Below are positions 9,475 through 17,828 of a stretch of 64,000 bases of DNA, in pieces. The translations under genes and the position numbers were made by a program. How positions within the stretch are numbered: position 1 is the first letter of the stretch; each line of letters starts with the position of its first letter. The DNA is taken from the IMG/VR virus record IMGVR_UViG_3300034375_007061, positions 1 to 64,000 of that record. One strand, given 5' to 3'. The notes below the pieces were generated by a model, which saw only the letters and a program-made list of their open reading frames with translations, was not told where the DNA came from and searched no databases. This DNA is from a virus (taxonomy: Duplodnaviria > Caudoviricetes).

Positions 9475-10241
9475 CAATGGATGATTATCCTGCTATTATA
9501 AGTTATAAAGAAAACTTAGGCACAATAAAGGCACTGATAAAACAAATGACTACATACAAGACAGAATATCTAATTGCGTTGGCATATGCTGCATATCGTG
9601 TAAACAACGGCTACGAGAAACAAACTCGTAGACACAGCGAAAACCCTCCTACTTACAGCAACAAAGAATTGATTGCTTATACTGCAAGTGCAAACAACGA
9701 GCAAAGTCCTTTTATTCCAGAAGACTTTACTCCACTGCAAGTAACAGACGCAGACCATGCGTCTGTTGCTGAAGGCAAAAAACATATGCGCCGTTACACA
9801 ATGCTTGCAATGGGTGACTTGCCTCAATTTGAAGCAGACTTGTTTGCAGCATATAGCAGTGACGAAATGCCAATTGGTCGGATAGGTTTGATTGCTTATT
9901 TGCCAGCGTTTATTGATCGTCAAGTTAAAGACAAGGTTTATAAACAACGTATCAAAACAGAGTTTGCAGATAGTAAACATCTTGTTGGAGATCGTATTGA
10001 ACCTAGTGAGGTAGAAATCCTTAAAGTCATTCCTCTAAACAATGACTTTTATGGTGAGCCAGCATACTTGCACTTTGGTGCTATTGGAAAAGATTTGGTG
10101 TGCTTTTCAGTAAAACAAATGTATGCTGTTGGAGATACGTATGACATTGTCGCACGTATAAAAGGGGAGGATCTCGAGCGTGATTCAAAAACACCAATGA
10201 CACGCTTAAACTACGTTAAACTCAGAAAACAGGAGATCTAA
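9471..10241 (+). CDS. Hypothetical protein (start probably about 9546)
   Basis: Long ORF downstream of a TTGACA/TATAA promoter. Confidence 0.65.
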   Translation: MTMDDYPAIISYKENLGTIKALIKQMTTYKTEYLIALAYAAYRVNNGYEKQTRRHSENPPTYSNKELIAYTASANNEQSPFIPEDFTPLQVTDADHASVAEGKKHMRRYTMLAMGDLPQFEADLFAAYSSDEMPIGRIGLIAYLPAFIDRQVKDKVYKQRIKTEFADSKHLVGDRIEPSEVEILKVIPLNNDFYGEPAYLHFGAIGKDLVCFSVKQMYAVGDTYDIVARIKGEDLERDSKTPMTRLNYVKLRKQEI

Positions 10242-10242
10242 T

Positions 10243-10485
10243 ATGAATCGAGTTACAAAAAAATTCTTACTAAAACTATCACCATTTGCTATCGGAGTTG
10301 TCTATACTTGGATTGCTCTAGAAGTTGCAGGTTTATTTGAAGATCCATTACACGGAATCTTTGCTGCAGGTGTTATGGTAATTGGACCAATGATAATTTA
10401 TATGCTTCGCGAAACATGGCTACAAGCCAAGCGTGAAGTAGATTGGGAAAACGAAACAATGATGAAAACATTGAAGGATTCATAA
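10243..10485 (+). CDS. Two-TM membrane protein
   Basis: Two hydrophobic segments, AGGAG RBS. Confidence 0.6.
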   Translation: MNRVTKKFLLKLSPFAIGVVYTWIALEVAGLFEDPLHGIFAAGVMVIGPMIIYMLRETWLQAKREVDWENETMMKTLKDS

Positions 10486-10661
10486 TGTTTAATTATTATA
10501 ATGTTTGGCTAGTAGATAGTGAAGGTCGTAAGATTAAACATATTGATACGGTTAAATGTCTAAGCGAAAGCACTGCGGAACAGCAGTGCTTTATGCACTA
10601 TGGTTCAGCGAGTAAATATAGTGGATGGGGCAGAGACAATTTTAAGGCGGAAAAATGTTAG
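10443..10661 (+). CDS. Hypothetical protein (start probably 10485)
   Basis: Coupled small ORF. Confidence 0.5.
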   Translation: MGKRNNDENIEGFIMFNYYNVWLVDSEGRKIKHIDTVKCLSESTAEQQCFMHYGSASKYSGWGRDNFKAEKC

Positions 10662-10882
10662 AACAAATTTTGTATAATGAAACGACATACTGGTTGTTGG
10701 GCACAGCAATACTTTTTACTTTTGTAGGACGTTGGATGAGTTTTCGTGACATTGTAGGTCAGGTAACTGAAGCAACTATTGATAGTTTGATTCGAGATGG
10801 TTATCTTAAGACTCGTGGCGTAGGACGTGACATGGAAATCTTAAAACACGGGGAAAATGATGACAAAACTCTACGTGATTGA
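10655..10882 (+). CDS. Small membrane protein
   Basis: N-terminal TM. Confidence 0.5.
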   Translation: MLEQILYNETTYWLLGTAILFTFVGRWMSFRDIVGQVTEATIDSLIRDGYLKTRGVGRDMEILKHGENDDKTLRD

Positions 10883-11131
10883 TACAGCAGAAACAGAATA
10901 TCACATTTATGCATTAGATATAGACGATGCTTTAAATACATTTGATGGACGTTCAGACGACATTATTTGTATTAAAGAATACGAAAATTATTCACAAAAT
11001 GACACGTTACACTAAAGAAAGTAGTAAAAAACTATATAAGAAATGGAAACAACATTTAAGCAATAGTAGGCTTACTGAAGAAGAAATTGTGCGTAGAGCA
11101 AAAACTTTTACAAGGAAAGGAATGAAGCCAA

Positions 11132-11335
11132 ATGAGTCATGATTACTTGGGTTTTGAGAACACCTTGGATGAAGATGATTACGGATTCATTTTGGATCAA
11201 GAAGGTAACCTAAAAGGTATTTGGATACCAAAAGGTCATGAAGATGAAGACGTGCCAGAAGCTATTGTGCAGTTGCTCAAAGAAAAATGGGGCATTGATC
11301 CTAATGATGATTCAAATTACGGATATTTACATTGA
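11132..11335 (+). CDS. Acidic hypothetical protein
   Basis: ORF within the operon. Confidence 0.55.
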   Translation: MSHDYLGFENTLDEDDYGFILDQEGNLKGIWIPKGHEDEDVPEAIVQLLKEKWGIDPNDDSNYGYLH

Positions 11336-11562
11336 CACCTGTAGAAATTTTTGAGTACAAACAACGATGGAAACCTGGTTATTCAGTAAGATTACATAGT
11401 GATGTAGTTGACAGAGGTAAAGCATTTGCTAAACGTAACTGCCAAAAACATCAATGGAGTGTTACAACTTGGACTAATGTATATGAGCATACCTTTCATT
11501 TTGAGTATGAAGAAAGTGCTAGAAAATTTAAAATTGCAATGGGAGAATTCGCAGATCAATGA
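11332..11562 (+). CDS. Hypothetical protein
   Basis: Coupled ORF. Confidence 0.55.
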   Translation: MTPVEIFEYKQRWKPGYSVRLHSDVVDRGKAFAKRNCQKHQWSVTTWTNVYEHTFHFEYEESARKFKIAMGEFADQ

Positions 11563-11846
11563 CAGAAACTTTGACAAAAACAGAAGCAGTAGGTAGGCTT
11601 ATTGAACTAGCTAAAGAAATGGAAGTTACAGATCCAATTGATTGGTCTAAGGTTAATGTTACTGAAGATCAAATTTATGAAATGATGGCCGGAAGTGTTT
11701 TAGACCAGATGTATAGTGTGCCATTAGAACATAGAGAAACGGTTAGCATGGCAACGCTTACTAAATTACTGGTAGAAAATTTCACACTTAAATTTAACTT
11801 AGAAGAGGAAAAGAAAAAACATGCCCTTAGTGCCAATAGTCGTTGA
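11559..11846 (+). CDS. Hypothetical protein
   Basis: Coupled ORF. Confidence 0.55.
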   Translation: MTETLTKTEAVGRLIELAKEMEVTDPIDWSKVNVTEDQIYEMMAGSVLDQMYSVPLEHRETVSMATLTKLLVENFTLKFNLEEEKKKHALSANSR

Positions 11847-12438
11847 ATCAGAAGCAAGAGGCGAACGTAGTTACGATATCTATAGCAGACTACTAAAAGA
11901 CCGTATTATTATGCTTAACAGCGTAGTAGAAGATAATATGGCTAATTTAATTGTAGCACAGATGTTGTTCTTAGAAGCAGAAAATCCTGACAAAGATATT
12001 AACTTGTATATTAACTCGCCAGGTGGTTCAGTTACAGCAGGTCTTGCTATCTATGATACAATGCAGTTTATCAAACCGGATATTAAAACTATTGTAATGG
12101 GTCAAGCTGCAAGTATGGGTAGTTTTCTAGCACAAGCTGGTGCAAAAGGCAAACGTTGTGTGTTGCCAGAATCACGCACTATGATCCATAGAGTGTCAAG
12201 TGGTACTAGAGGTACAAGCGGTAGTGTGCATGTACAAGAACTAGAGTTTGAAGATGCACGTAGACATTTTGAAGAAAGTAAACGGTTAAATGAACGTCTA
12301 ACAGAACTTTATGTAAAACACAATACTGCTGGCAAAACTTATGAAGAACTATTTGAAACTATGAAGTTTGATACCTTCTTAAGTGCAGAACAAGCAGTAG
12401 AAAACGGTTTTGCAGATAAAGTTATCGAACAACGATGA
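11821..12438 (+). CDS. clpP: ATP-dependent Clp protease proteolytic subunit
   Basis: [36 protein letters not shown]. Confidence 0.95.
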   Translation: MPLVPIVVESEARGERSYDIYSRLLKDRIIMLNSVVEDNMANLIVAQMLFLEAENPDKDINLYINSPGGSVTAGLAIYDTMQFIKPDIKTIVMGQAASMGSFLAQAGAKGKRCVLPESRTMIHRVSSGTRGTSGSVHVQELEFEDARRHFEESKRLNERLTELYVKHNTAGKTYEELFETMKFDTFLSAEQAVENGFADKVIEQR

Positions 12439-13058
12439 AATACAGCACAAATATAGACTTTAAGACATGCGACATGCATGACTTATATTGGAGTGAGTTT
12501 GGACACAAACTTGATGATCCAAAACTATATTTTGCTGATAAAAGAATATTACCAGTGGTTACAGGATTTTTAATCACTGGTAAAGACATACAATGGCCAG
12601 TTGATAGTTTAATGAACACACTTGGTCTTACATTAGTAACAGCAAGATTGTTTGTTACTAATCCAAATAGGAAATTGCAAATACATAGAGATTGTGTAGC
12701 ACAAAGTAAAGAACTTAGATCTTGGGCTATCAATATACCAATTTCTCATTGTGATTTGGGTACTAATGAATGGTTTGCAGATGACGAAAATGATTTTGGT
12801 AAAGAAACTTATGCACCCGGCGGCAGTGCTATTATGCCAGAAAAATACGACAACGATTATGTTGTAAGTGAATCTTGTGTGTTAAATAGTATTAAGTTGA
12901 TTAGAACAGATGTTATGCATCGTAGTAATAATTTAGGCAATGATAATCGTAGAGTTGTTTTAAGTTTACGTGGTGATAATAATTTATCTTATGATCAAGT
13001 AAAGGAGAGAGTAGATGGCTTCAACCGAAGAGTTGCAGAAGACTTTAGCAGATCTTAA
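12435..13058 (+). CDS. Putative 2OG-Fe(II) oxygenase/cupin
   Basis: HxD (IHRD), distal H (VMHRS), R (RVVLSLR). Confidence 0.6.
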   Translation: MKYSTNIDFKTCDMHDLYWSEFGHKLDDPKLYFADKRILPVVTGFLITGKDIQWPVDSLMNTLGLTLVTARLFVTNPNRKLQIHRDCVAQSKELRSWAINIPISHCDLGTNEWFADDENDFGKETYAPGGSAIMPEKYDNDYVVSESCVLNSIKLIRTDVMHRSNNLGNDNRRVVLSLRGDNNLSYDQVKERVDGFNRRVAEDFSRS

Positions 13059-13362
13059 AGGCATTCCTACAAGACAGGAACTTCTTGATTTATTAGCAAA
13101 AGAAATTGTTGATGTTACGTTTGATAAATTGAGTGGCGACGAACGCACTATGAAATGTACTTTAGTTCCTAGTATGTTACCACAAGCAGAACGTGATGAT
13201 AAATTAAGCCAAACTAAAATTAGAAACTTAGAAGACAAAGTATTTGTTGTATGGGCGATTGACATTGAACCAAGTGCATGGCGTAGTTTCCGCTATGACC
13301 GTGTTAAAAAGGTTGAAGTTGATTATATGTGGGGTAACGGCGGAGGTTACAACGACGGATGA
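13015..13362 (+). CDS. WYL_2-like SH3-fold protein
   Basis: VTFDKLSGDERTMKCTL...AWRSFRYDRV. Confidence 0.7.
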   Translation: MASTEELQKTLADLKGIPTRQELLDLLAKEIVDVTFDKLSGDERTMKCTLVPSMLPQAERDDKLSQTKIRNLEDKVFVVWAIDIEPSAWRSFRYDRVKKVEVDYMWGNGGGYNDG

Positions 13363-13922
13363 TATACAATATTAAAACAGGATACGATTTAACACCTTTT
13401 TTGACTGCGGATTACGAACAGCATAAAGGCAGTTGTATAAGTTATCAAGTACGTGAACAAGAAGATATACACAAAACATTTGGTGGCTTTCCTGATAGCT
13501 ATCACGAAGATAATACACGTATACAACAGCTATGGTTTGATGATGGCGATCCGGGTGTAGATTACTTTACACTAGGTGCATTGCTTGGTATTGACATTGT
13601 AACTATTAGCAGCATACTTCAGCCACCAGGCAACACCATTACAATGCATAGAGATACATTTTTTAAAATAAACAATATGTATCCTGCTGATACTCGTAAA
13701 AAAGTTCGTGCTAACATTTATTTAGAAGACTGGGCACCTGGACACTTTATCAATTATCAAGATGAAAACAAAGAATGGCAAACCAGCACACATTGGAAAG
13801 CTGGCGAAGGATTTATTTGGGATAGCGAACATTTGCATTTAAGTTCAAATGCAGGACTTACACCAAAATATACTCTACAAGTATCAGGATTTTGGAATAA
13901 AAAGGTTGACATGTTTGTATAA
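13359..13922 (+). CDS. Putative 2OG-Fe(II) oxygenase
   Basis: QPPG..MHRD, YLEDW.PGH, HLSSNAG..KYTLQVSG. Confidence 0.65.
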   Translation: MIYNIKTGYDLTPFLTADYEQHKGSCISYQVREQEDIHKTFGGFPDSYHEDNTRIQQLWFDDGDPGVDYFTLGALLGIDIVTISSILQPPGNTITMHRDTFFKINNMYPADTRKKVRANIYLEDWAPGHFINYQDENKEWQTSTHWKAGEGFIWDSEHLHLSSNAGLTPKYTLQVSGFWNKKVDMFV

Positions 13923-13961
13923 GTGTTTATAATATAAATATAGGCACACGGAGAGGCTAAC

Positions 13962-14468
13962 ATGAAAAAATTATTGATTACAACTGCTGTTCTTTTTGCA
14001 ACTGCAACTAGTGCATTTGCAGCAGAATATGCAAGAATTACTAAAGTTGAACCACGTTACACAACAGGTTATAACAACGTTCCTAGTACACAATGTAGAG
14101 ATGTTGAAGTTCCTATTTACAGAAATGTGCAAGGCGGTGGCAATGCCGTAGAAGGTGCTGTCGGAGGTGCAATCATTGGTGGCATTTTAGGGCAAGCACT
14201 AGGCGGTGATAAACAATCACGCAATGCTGGTGCTATTTTTGGTGCTATTGTAGGCGGCGATAAAGCAGCGAACGGAACACGACAAGAAATTATTGGATAT
14301 GAAGTTCATAGAGAATGTTCAGAAGTAATTGTACGCCAACAAGTGAATCAAATTAGAGATTATCTTATTACATTTGAATGGAATGGTGTATATGGTAGCC
14401 AGTACACTTATAATAACTATAGCGTAGGGCAACGTATTCCTATTACCGTAAGTATAAGAGCCAAATAA
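13962..14468 (+). CDS. YcfJ-like glycine-zipper secreted protein
   Basis: Signal peptide; GAVGGAIIGGILG and GAIFGAIVGG. Confidence 0.8.
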   Translation: MKKLLITTAVLFATATSAFAAEYARITKVEPRYTTGYNNVPSTQCRDVEVPIYRNVQGGGNAVEGAVGGAIIGGILGQALGGDKQSRNAGAIFGAIVGGDKAANGTRQEIIGYEVHRECSEVIVRQQVNQIRDYLITFEWNGVYGSQYTYNNYSVGQRIPITVSIRAK

Positions 14469-14634
14469 TGACGCCAACATATGAAATACAACAACTTCTA
14501 TACGAAGTTTTAGATAGACTATCTCGTATTGAAAAAAAATTACAAATAGAAGATACATCTTCGTCAGAATCTGACGGAGGTGTAAAGTTCTCTGTAGTAT
14601 CAAACGAAAAAATTATAGAGTTTCCAAAATTAGA

Positions 14635-15354
14635 CTAGGTTTTTACAACTTGTTTTTGGAAAAAATTAAAAAATCCTGTTAGAGTTAATCTAACATTTTC
14701 ACCTGCATCTTTATCTACACGAGTAATACCGTGTACTACATTTTTACCAATTAAAACAAGTCTATTTGGTTTAGGAGACACAAAGGTGCCTAATCCATAA
14801 TCTATTAAGTTTTTTTGTTTTTCTGATTGCTCAAACATTTCTAACGTGCCGACACCTGCGTAAGTATCTATTTGCTTTGTACCAGGCAACTTAGGCATTA
14901 TTTGTTTGTAATGTACGCTACCTTTTGGCAAAACTAATAGTGTGCTATCCCAATTGATTTGCCAGTGCTTGTGCAAGTAATAGGAATATGTTACACCTCC
15001 CATGTCGCTATGCCAAGGATTTTTTGATCCTACAGGATAACCGTGGCAACGCATTGCAATATCTGTATAACCTTTTACAAAGTCTTGAGCTTCTACGCAA
15101 TTGTCGGCAAAGTCACGTATTGCTTCTGCCCATATATCATAGTTATTGTCAAACGGTGCATCTCTTAAAAAACGTTTGCTGGCTTTATAGTTTGGTCCAT
15201 CGGTTATGTGCCAATACTTGTCATCAGTTTGACTTTGTGTCCATTCATCACACTGCACTTGATTGTGCAATCTATCCCAACTATCTTGATCTAAGAAATC
15301 ATCAACTACTAATATTTCGGGTGTTTTCATTACAACATTATACATAACTTTCAC
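14635..15354 (-). CDS. 2OG-Fe(II) oxygenase (prolyl-hydroxylase-like)
   Basis: VVDDFL, WHSD, PKPNRLV, VVHGITRV, RLTLTGF. Confidence 0.8.
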   Translation of the reverse strand: MKVMYNVVMKTPEILVVDDFLDQDSWDRLHNQVQCDEWTQSQTDDKYWHITDGPNYKASKRFLRDAPFDNNYDIWAEAIRDFADNCVEAQDFVKGYTDIAMRCHGYPVGSKNPWHSDMGGVTYSYYLHKHWQINWDSTLLVLPKGSVHYKQIMPKLPGTKQIDTYAGVGTLEMFEQSEKQKNLIDYGLGTFVSPKPNRLVLIGKNVVHGITRVDKDAGENVRLTLTGFFNFFQKQVVKT

Positions 15355-16336
15355 ACGTTCCTTCTCTAGTCAAATCCAGTGTAACACAATGTAATCCTCC
15401 ATCCCAAAAGAACTTGTGTCTAAAGTTAAATGGTACCATTTCTACACTATAGCGTTTTAATTGTGCAGCAATGTCTTTGTCATACCCATTGGTAATAACA
15501 AGTTCAGGTGACACACTTACAACATTCACATCAAATATAGTTTCGTCTACGTGTCCAATCCAACTATCTAACCAAGTTGCTACATTTTTAGCACGTAATG
15601 GTTGCATTTTACTTTGCCAAAATTGTTCTGGGACAGGTTGTTTTGGTACTTGTATGTAGTCCCAATGCTTTAGTTCGTCTGGAATCATTTCAGGCAACCA
15701 ACACATAAGCAGTCCAGGTTTGATCAATGCTATCTTTCCATCTGCGTGTCCGCTTTCGTGTAAACCAATCCATTTAGCATCGATTTTGTTTTGTATCCAT
15801 TCTAAGCCTGCTTGTGTGCCTCTGCCAAATTGTCTAGTCATTGGATATGTGCTGTCGTTGTATGGTGCTGTATACAGCAGCGTATCGCCGCATTTGAGTA
15901 TGTTAGCAGCGTGATACAATGGTGTACCTTCCATAGCACGATATGGTTGATAAAAACTGCCTAGTGTAGGAGTAGGCATAGCACTATAACGTCTATCCAA
16001 GTTGAGTATAATATCATTGTAGTGCTGTCTTTCGTAAAATCTATTTGGATCTCCTCCAATAGTACCTACAACTTGATCACCGTATACAACGTGCATATCA
16101 CGAGGACACACAGCAGGATAACGAAAGTCACCTTTGTACTCGCAACGTGGTCTGTGTACTTTAACACCATAACTTTCAAAAAGTTGTGCCAAATCGTAGA
16201 AGTCTTCTTCTGACTCTTCAAATATTCTTTGTAGACCGTTGCGAAACTCTATATCTTCTATGTGTGCTATATCATTTGGATCATACACACGCCCAACAAT
16301 GATTTCTTTTAGGGGATCCCATTCTGTCCATATCAT
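15338..16336 (-). CDS. Amidinotransferase (AGAT/StrB1 pentein family)
   Basis: EWDPLKEIIVGR, CPRD, HADG, GGLHCVTLDLTR with catalytic Cys. Confidence 0.85.
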   Translation of the reverse strand: MIWTEWDPLKEIIVGRVYDPNDIAHIEDIEFRNGLQRIFEESEEDFYDLAQLFESYGVKVHRPRCEYKGDFRYPAVCPRDMHVVYGDQVVGTIGGDPNRFYERQHYNDIILNLDRRYSAMPTPTLGSFYQPYRAMEGTPLYHAANILKCGDTLLYTAPYNDSTYPMTRQFGRGTQAGLEWIQNKIDAKWIGLHESGHADGKIALIKPGLLMCWLPEMIPDELKHWDYIQVPKQPVPEQFWQSKMQPLRAKNVATWLDSWIGHVDETIFDVNVVSVSPELVITNGYDKDIAAQLKRYSVEMVPFNFRHKFFWDGGLHCVTLDLTREGTCESYV

Positions 16337-16368
16337 AAAATTATTTACAAAAAAGAAACATTCAATGG

Positions 16369-16397
16369 TTGACTTCTGGTAAGTAATATGGTATATT
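16369..16397 (+). promoter_or_regulatory. sigma70-type promoter for tRNA unit 1
   Basis: TTGACT-17 bp-TATATT with extended TG. Confidence 0.65.
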
Positions 16398-16440
16398 GTA
16401 TAAGTAAGCAGTAATGCTTACATGCTGTTTGAAATATTTA

Positions 16441-16530
16441 GGACAGGTGGCTGAGTGGTCGAAAGCGGCACCCTGCTAAGGTGTTGAGGGGGCAACTCCT
16501 CCCAGGGTTCGAATCCCTGTCTGTCCGCCA
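16441..16530 (+). tRNA. tRNA-Ser(GCT)
   Basis: Cloverleaf, loop CT-GCT-AA, long variable arm, TTCGAAT, encoded CCA. Confidence 0.95.
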
Positions 16531-16531
16531 C

Positions 16532-16607
16532 GCTGGTTTAGCTCAGTTGGTAGAGCGCTTCACTTGTAATGAAGATGTCGCGAGTTCGAATCTTGCAACC
16601 AGCACCA
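16532..16607 (+). tRNA. tRNA-Thr(TGT)
   Basis: Cloverleaf, CTTCA-CTTGTAA-TGAAG, CCA end. Confidence 0.95.
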
Positions 16608-16610
16608 TAT

Positions 16611-16695
16611 GCGGATATGGTGGAATTGGTAGACACGCTAGATTTAGGTTCTAGTGCCGCAAGGCGTGGGGGTTCAAGTCCCTCTATCCGCACCA
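16611..16695 (+). tRNA. tRNA-Leu(TAG)
   Basis: CTAGA-TTTAGGT-TCTAG, variable arm, CCA end. Confidence 0.95.
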
Positions 16696-16710
16696 AATTA
16701 AAAAAAGTGG

Positions 16711-16739
16711 TTGACAAACCAAACTAAATAAAGTATAAA
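16711..16739 (+). promoter_or_regulatory. sigma70-type promoter for tRNA unit 2
   Basis: TTGACA-17 bp-TATAAA; the -10 region overlaps TATAAATA, a T4 late-type motif. Confidence 0.75.
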
Positions 16740-16765
16740 TAAGTATAGACAAAAGGAATACTAAC

Positions 16766-16828
16766 ATGATCAAGACTAACACAACATCGATAATAGGTTG
16801 GCCATCACGAAAGTGGGGTATGTCTTGA
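16766..16828 (+). CDS. Putative attenuator leader peptide MIKTNTTSIIGWPSRKWGMS
   Basis: AAGGA RBS about 8 nt upstream; the 3' end overlaps the antiterminator arm; codons match downstream tRNAs. Confidence 0.75.
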   Translation: MIKTNTTSIIGWPSRKWGMS

Positions 16829-16863
16829 CGTGACTTTTTAAAAAGTTATTTGAGATAAGCCCC
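16815..16863 (+). promoter_or_regulatory. Antiterminator hairpin, mutually exclusive with the terminator
   Basis: GGGGUAUGUCUUGA (16815-16828) pairs with UUGAGAUAAGCCCC (16850-16863); inner stem GUGACUUU/AAAGUUAU. Confidence 0.7.
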
Positions 16864-16891
16864 TAGCATTAAGTTGTTAGGGGCTTTTTTT
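16857..16891 (+). terminator. Intrinsic terminator of the attenuator
   Basis: AAGCCCCTAGCA-TTAAGT-TGTTAGGGGCTT ending in a T7 run. Confidence 0.9.
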
Positions 16892-16917
16892 ATTAAAGGA
16901 GTGAAACATAGTTTTTT

Positions 16918-17005
16918 GTCGGTTCGGTGCAGTTGGAGTGGCACACTGGTCTCCAAAACCAGGATTAGAAATAATCAGGGGGTTCGAATCCCTCAACCGA
17001 TGCCA
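16918..17005 (+). tRNA. tRNA-Trp(CCA) with an atypical long variable arm
   Basis: CTGGT-CTCCAAA-ACCAG; extra arm GATTA-GAAA-TAATC; GTCGGTT/AACCGAT acceptor, G-CCA. Confidence 0.85.
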
Positions 17006-17007
17006 AT

Positions 17008-17084
17008 CTTGGTGTGGCCTAGTCTGGTAAGGCGCTTGATTTGGGTTCAAGAGATCGCAGGTTCGAATCCTGCCACCAAGACCA
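17008..17084 (+). tRNA. tRNA-Pro(TGG)
   Basis: CTTGA-TTTGGGT-TCAAG, CCA end. Confidence 0.95.
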
Positions 17085-17088
17085 TTAT

Positions 17089-17161
17089 GCGGATGTTCTC
17101 CTGGGAGAGGACTCAGCCTTCCAAGCTGATGGAGTCGGTTCGAATCCGGTCATCCGCTCCA
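17089..17161 (+). tRNA. tRNA-Gly(TCC)
   Basis: TCAGC-CTTCCAA-GCTGA, U73, CCA end. Confidence 0.9.
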
Positions 17162-17165
17162 ACAA

Positions 17166-17253
17166 GGAGAGTTGGCCGAGCGGTCGAAGGCGCTAGTCTT
17201 GAAAACTAGAGTACGGCAACGTACCGTGGGTTCGAATCCCACACTCTCCGCCA
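17166..17253 (+). tRNA. tRNA-Ser(TGA)
   Basis: CTAGT-CTTGAAA-ACTAG, long variable arm, G73, CCA end. Confidence 0.95.
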
Positions 17254-17257
17254 TAAT

Positions 17258-17334
17258 GCTCCTGTGGTGTAACGGTTAACACTCACCGCTCATAACGGTC
17301 GCGATTGTAGGTTCGAATCCTACCGGGAGCACCA
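17258..17334 (+). tRNA. tRNA(CAT), probably Ile2 (lysidine type) rather than Met
   Basis: CCG-CTCATAA-CGG anticodon arm typical of Ile2; lacks initiator features. Confidence 0.8.
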
Positions 17335-17337
17335 TAT

Positions 17338-17431
17338 AGTCCCATAGTTTAGCGGTAAAACACCCGGCTTATATCCGGCATTGTCTCCAGATTAGAGAGC
17401 GTCCCAGGTTCGAATCCTGGTGGGACTACCA
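17338..17431 (+). tRNA. tRNA-Ile(TAT) with a long extra arm
   Basis: AGTCCCA/TGGGACT acceptor, CCGG-CTTATAT-CCGG, about 24 nt variable region, perfect T arm, A-CCA. Confidence 0.8.
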
Positions 17432-17446
17432 TAACTAAATATCTTT

Positions 17447-17677
17447 ATGTATAGTGTAGAATTTGACCACGATGAAGTTTGTATAACTATTTTAGATGAT
17501 AATGGCAATCATGGCGATTTGATCGTAAATAGTTTTGATGATTTAGTTTACATAAGGCAATACGATCCAGAAACAGATACAGATTATATTATTGAAATAA
17601 GTCCTGAAATGTGGGAGGAATTAATTTCTGCTATACACAGCAAAGAAGGCTTTTTCAAAAGGGTACGCAATGTTTAA
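17447..17677 (+). CDS. Hypothetical protein
   Basis: ORF after a TAAATA motif. Confidence 0.55.
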   Translation: MYSVEFDHDEVCITILDDNGNHGDLIVNSFDDLVYIRQYDPETDTDYIIEISPEMWEELISAIHSKEGFFKRVRNV

Positions 17678-17828
17678 AGCAACAAAAGAAGTGATATGGC
17701 ATCTTACCTGTCAAAAATGCAAAAATTGGTTTACATATGCAACAATGGAAAAAATGTGTATTAATAGATACAACTTTCATTGTCCGCATTGTGGTAATAA
17801 AGGAAACGTAGAACAAGATGATCAATAA
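17670..17828 (+). CDS. Small Zn-ribbon protein (52 aa, not in the ORF track)
   Basis: CQKC...CPHC. Confidence 0.55.
   Translation: MFKATKEVIWHLTCQKCKNWFTYATMEKMCINRYNFHCPHCGNKGNVEQDDQ

Noticed and set aside
16745-16895. T-box riboswitch explanation for the tRNA leader
   Set aside because: The region is too short for stem I and lacks the UGGNACC T-box bulge; a translated-leader model fits better.
16874-17209. 111-aa ORF over the tRNA array
   Set aside because: It overlaps four well-formed tRNA genes and the terminator, so it is a chance ORF in GC-richer RNA genes.
16441-17431. Repeated GGTTCGAATCC units resembling a CRISPR or repeat array
   Set aside because: They are tRNA T-arms, with no constant repeat-spacer structure.
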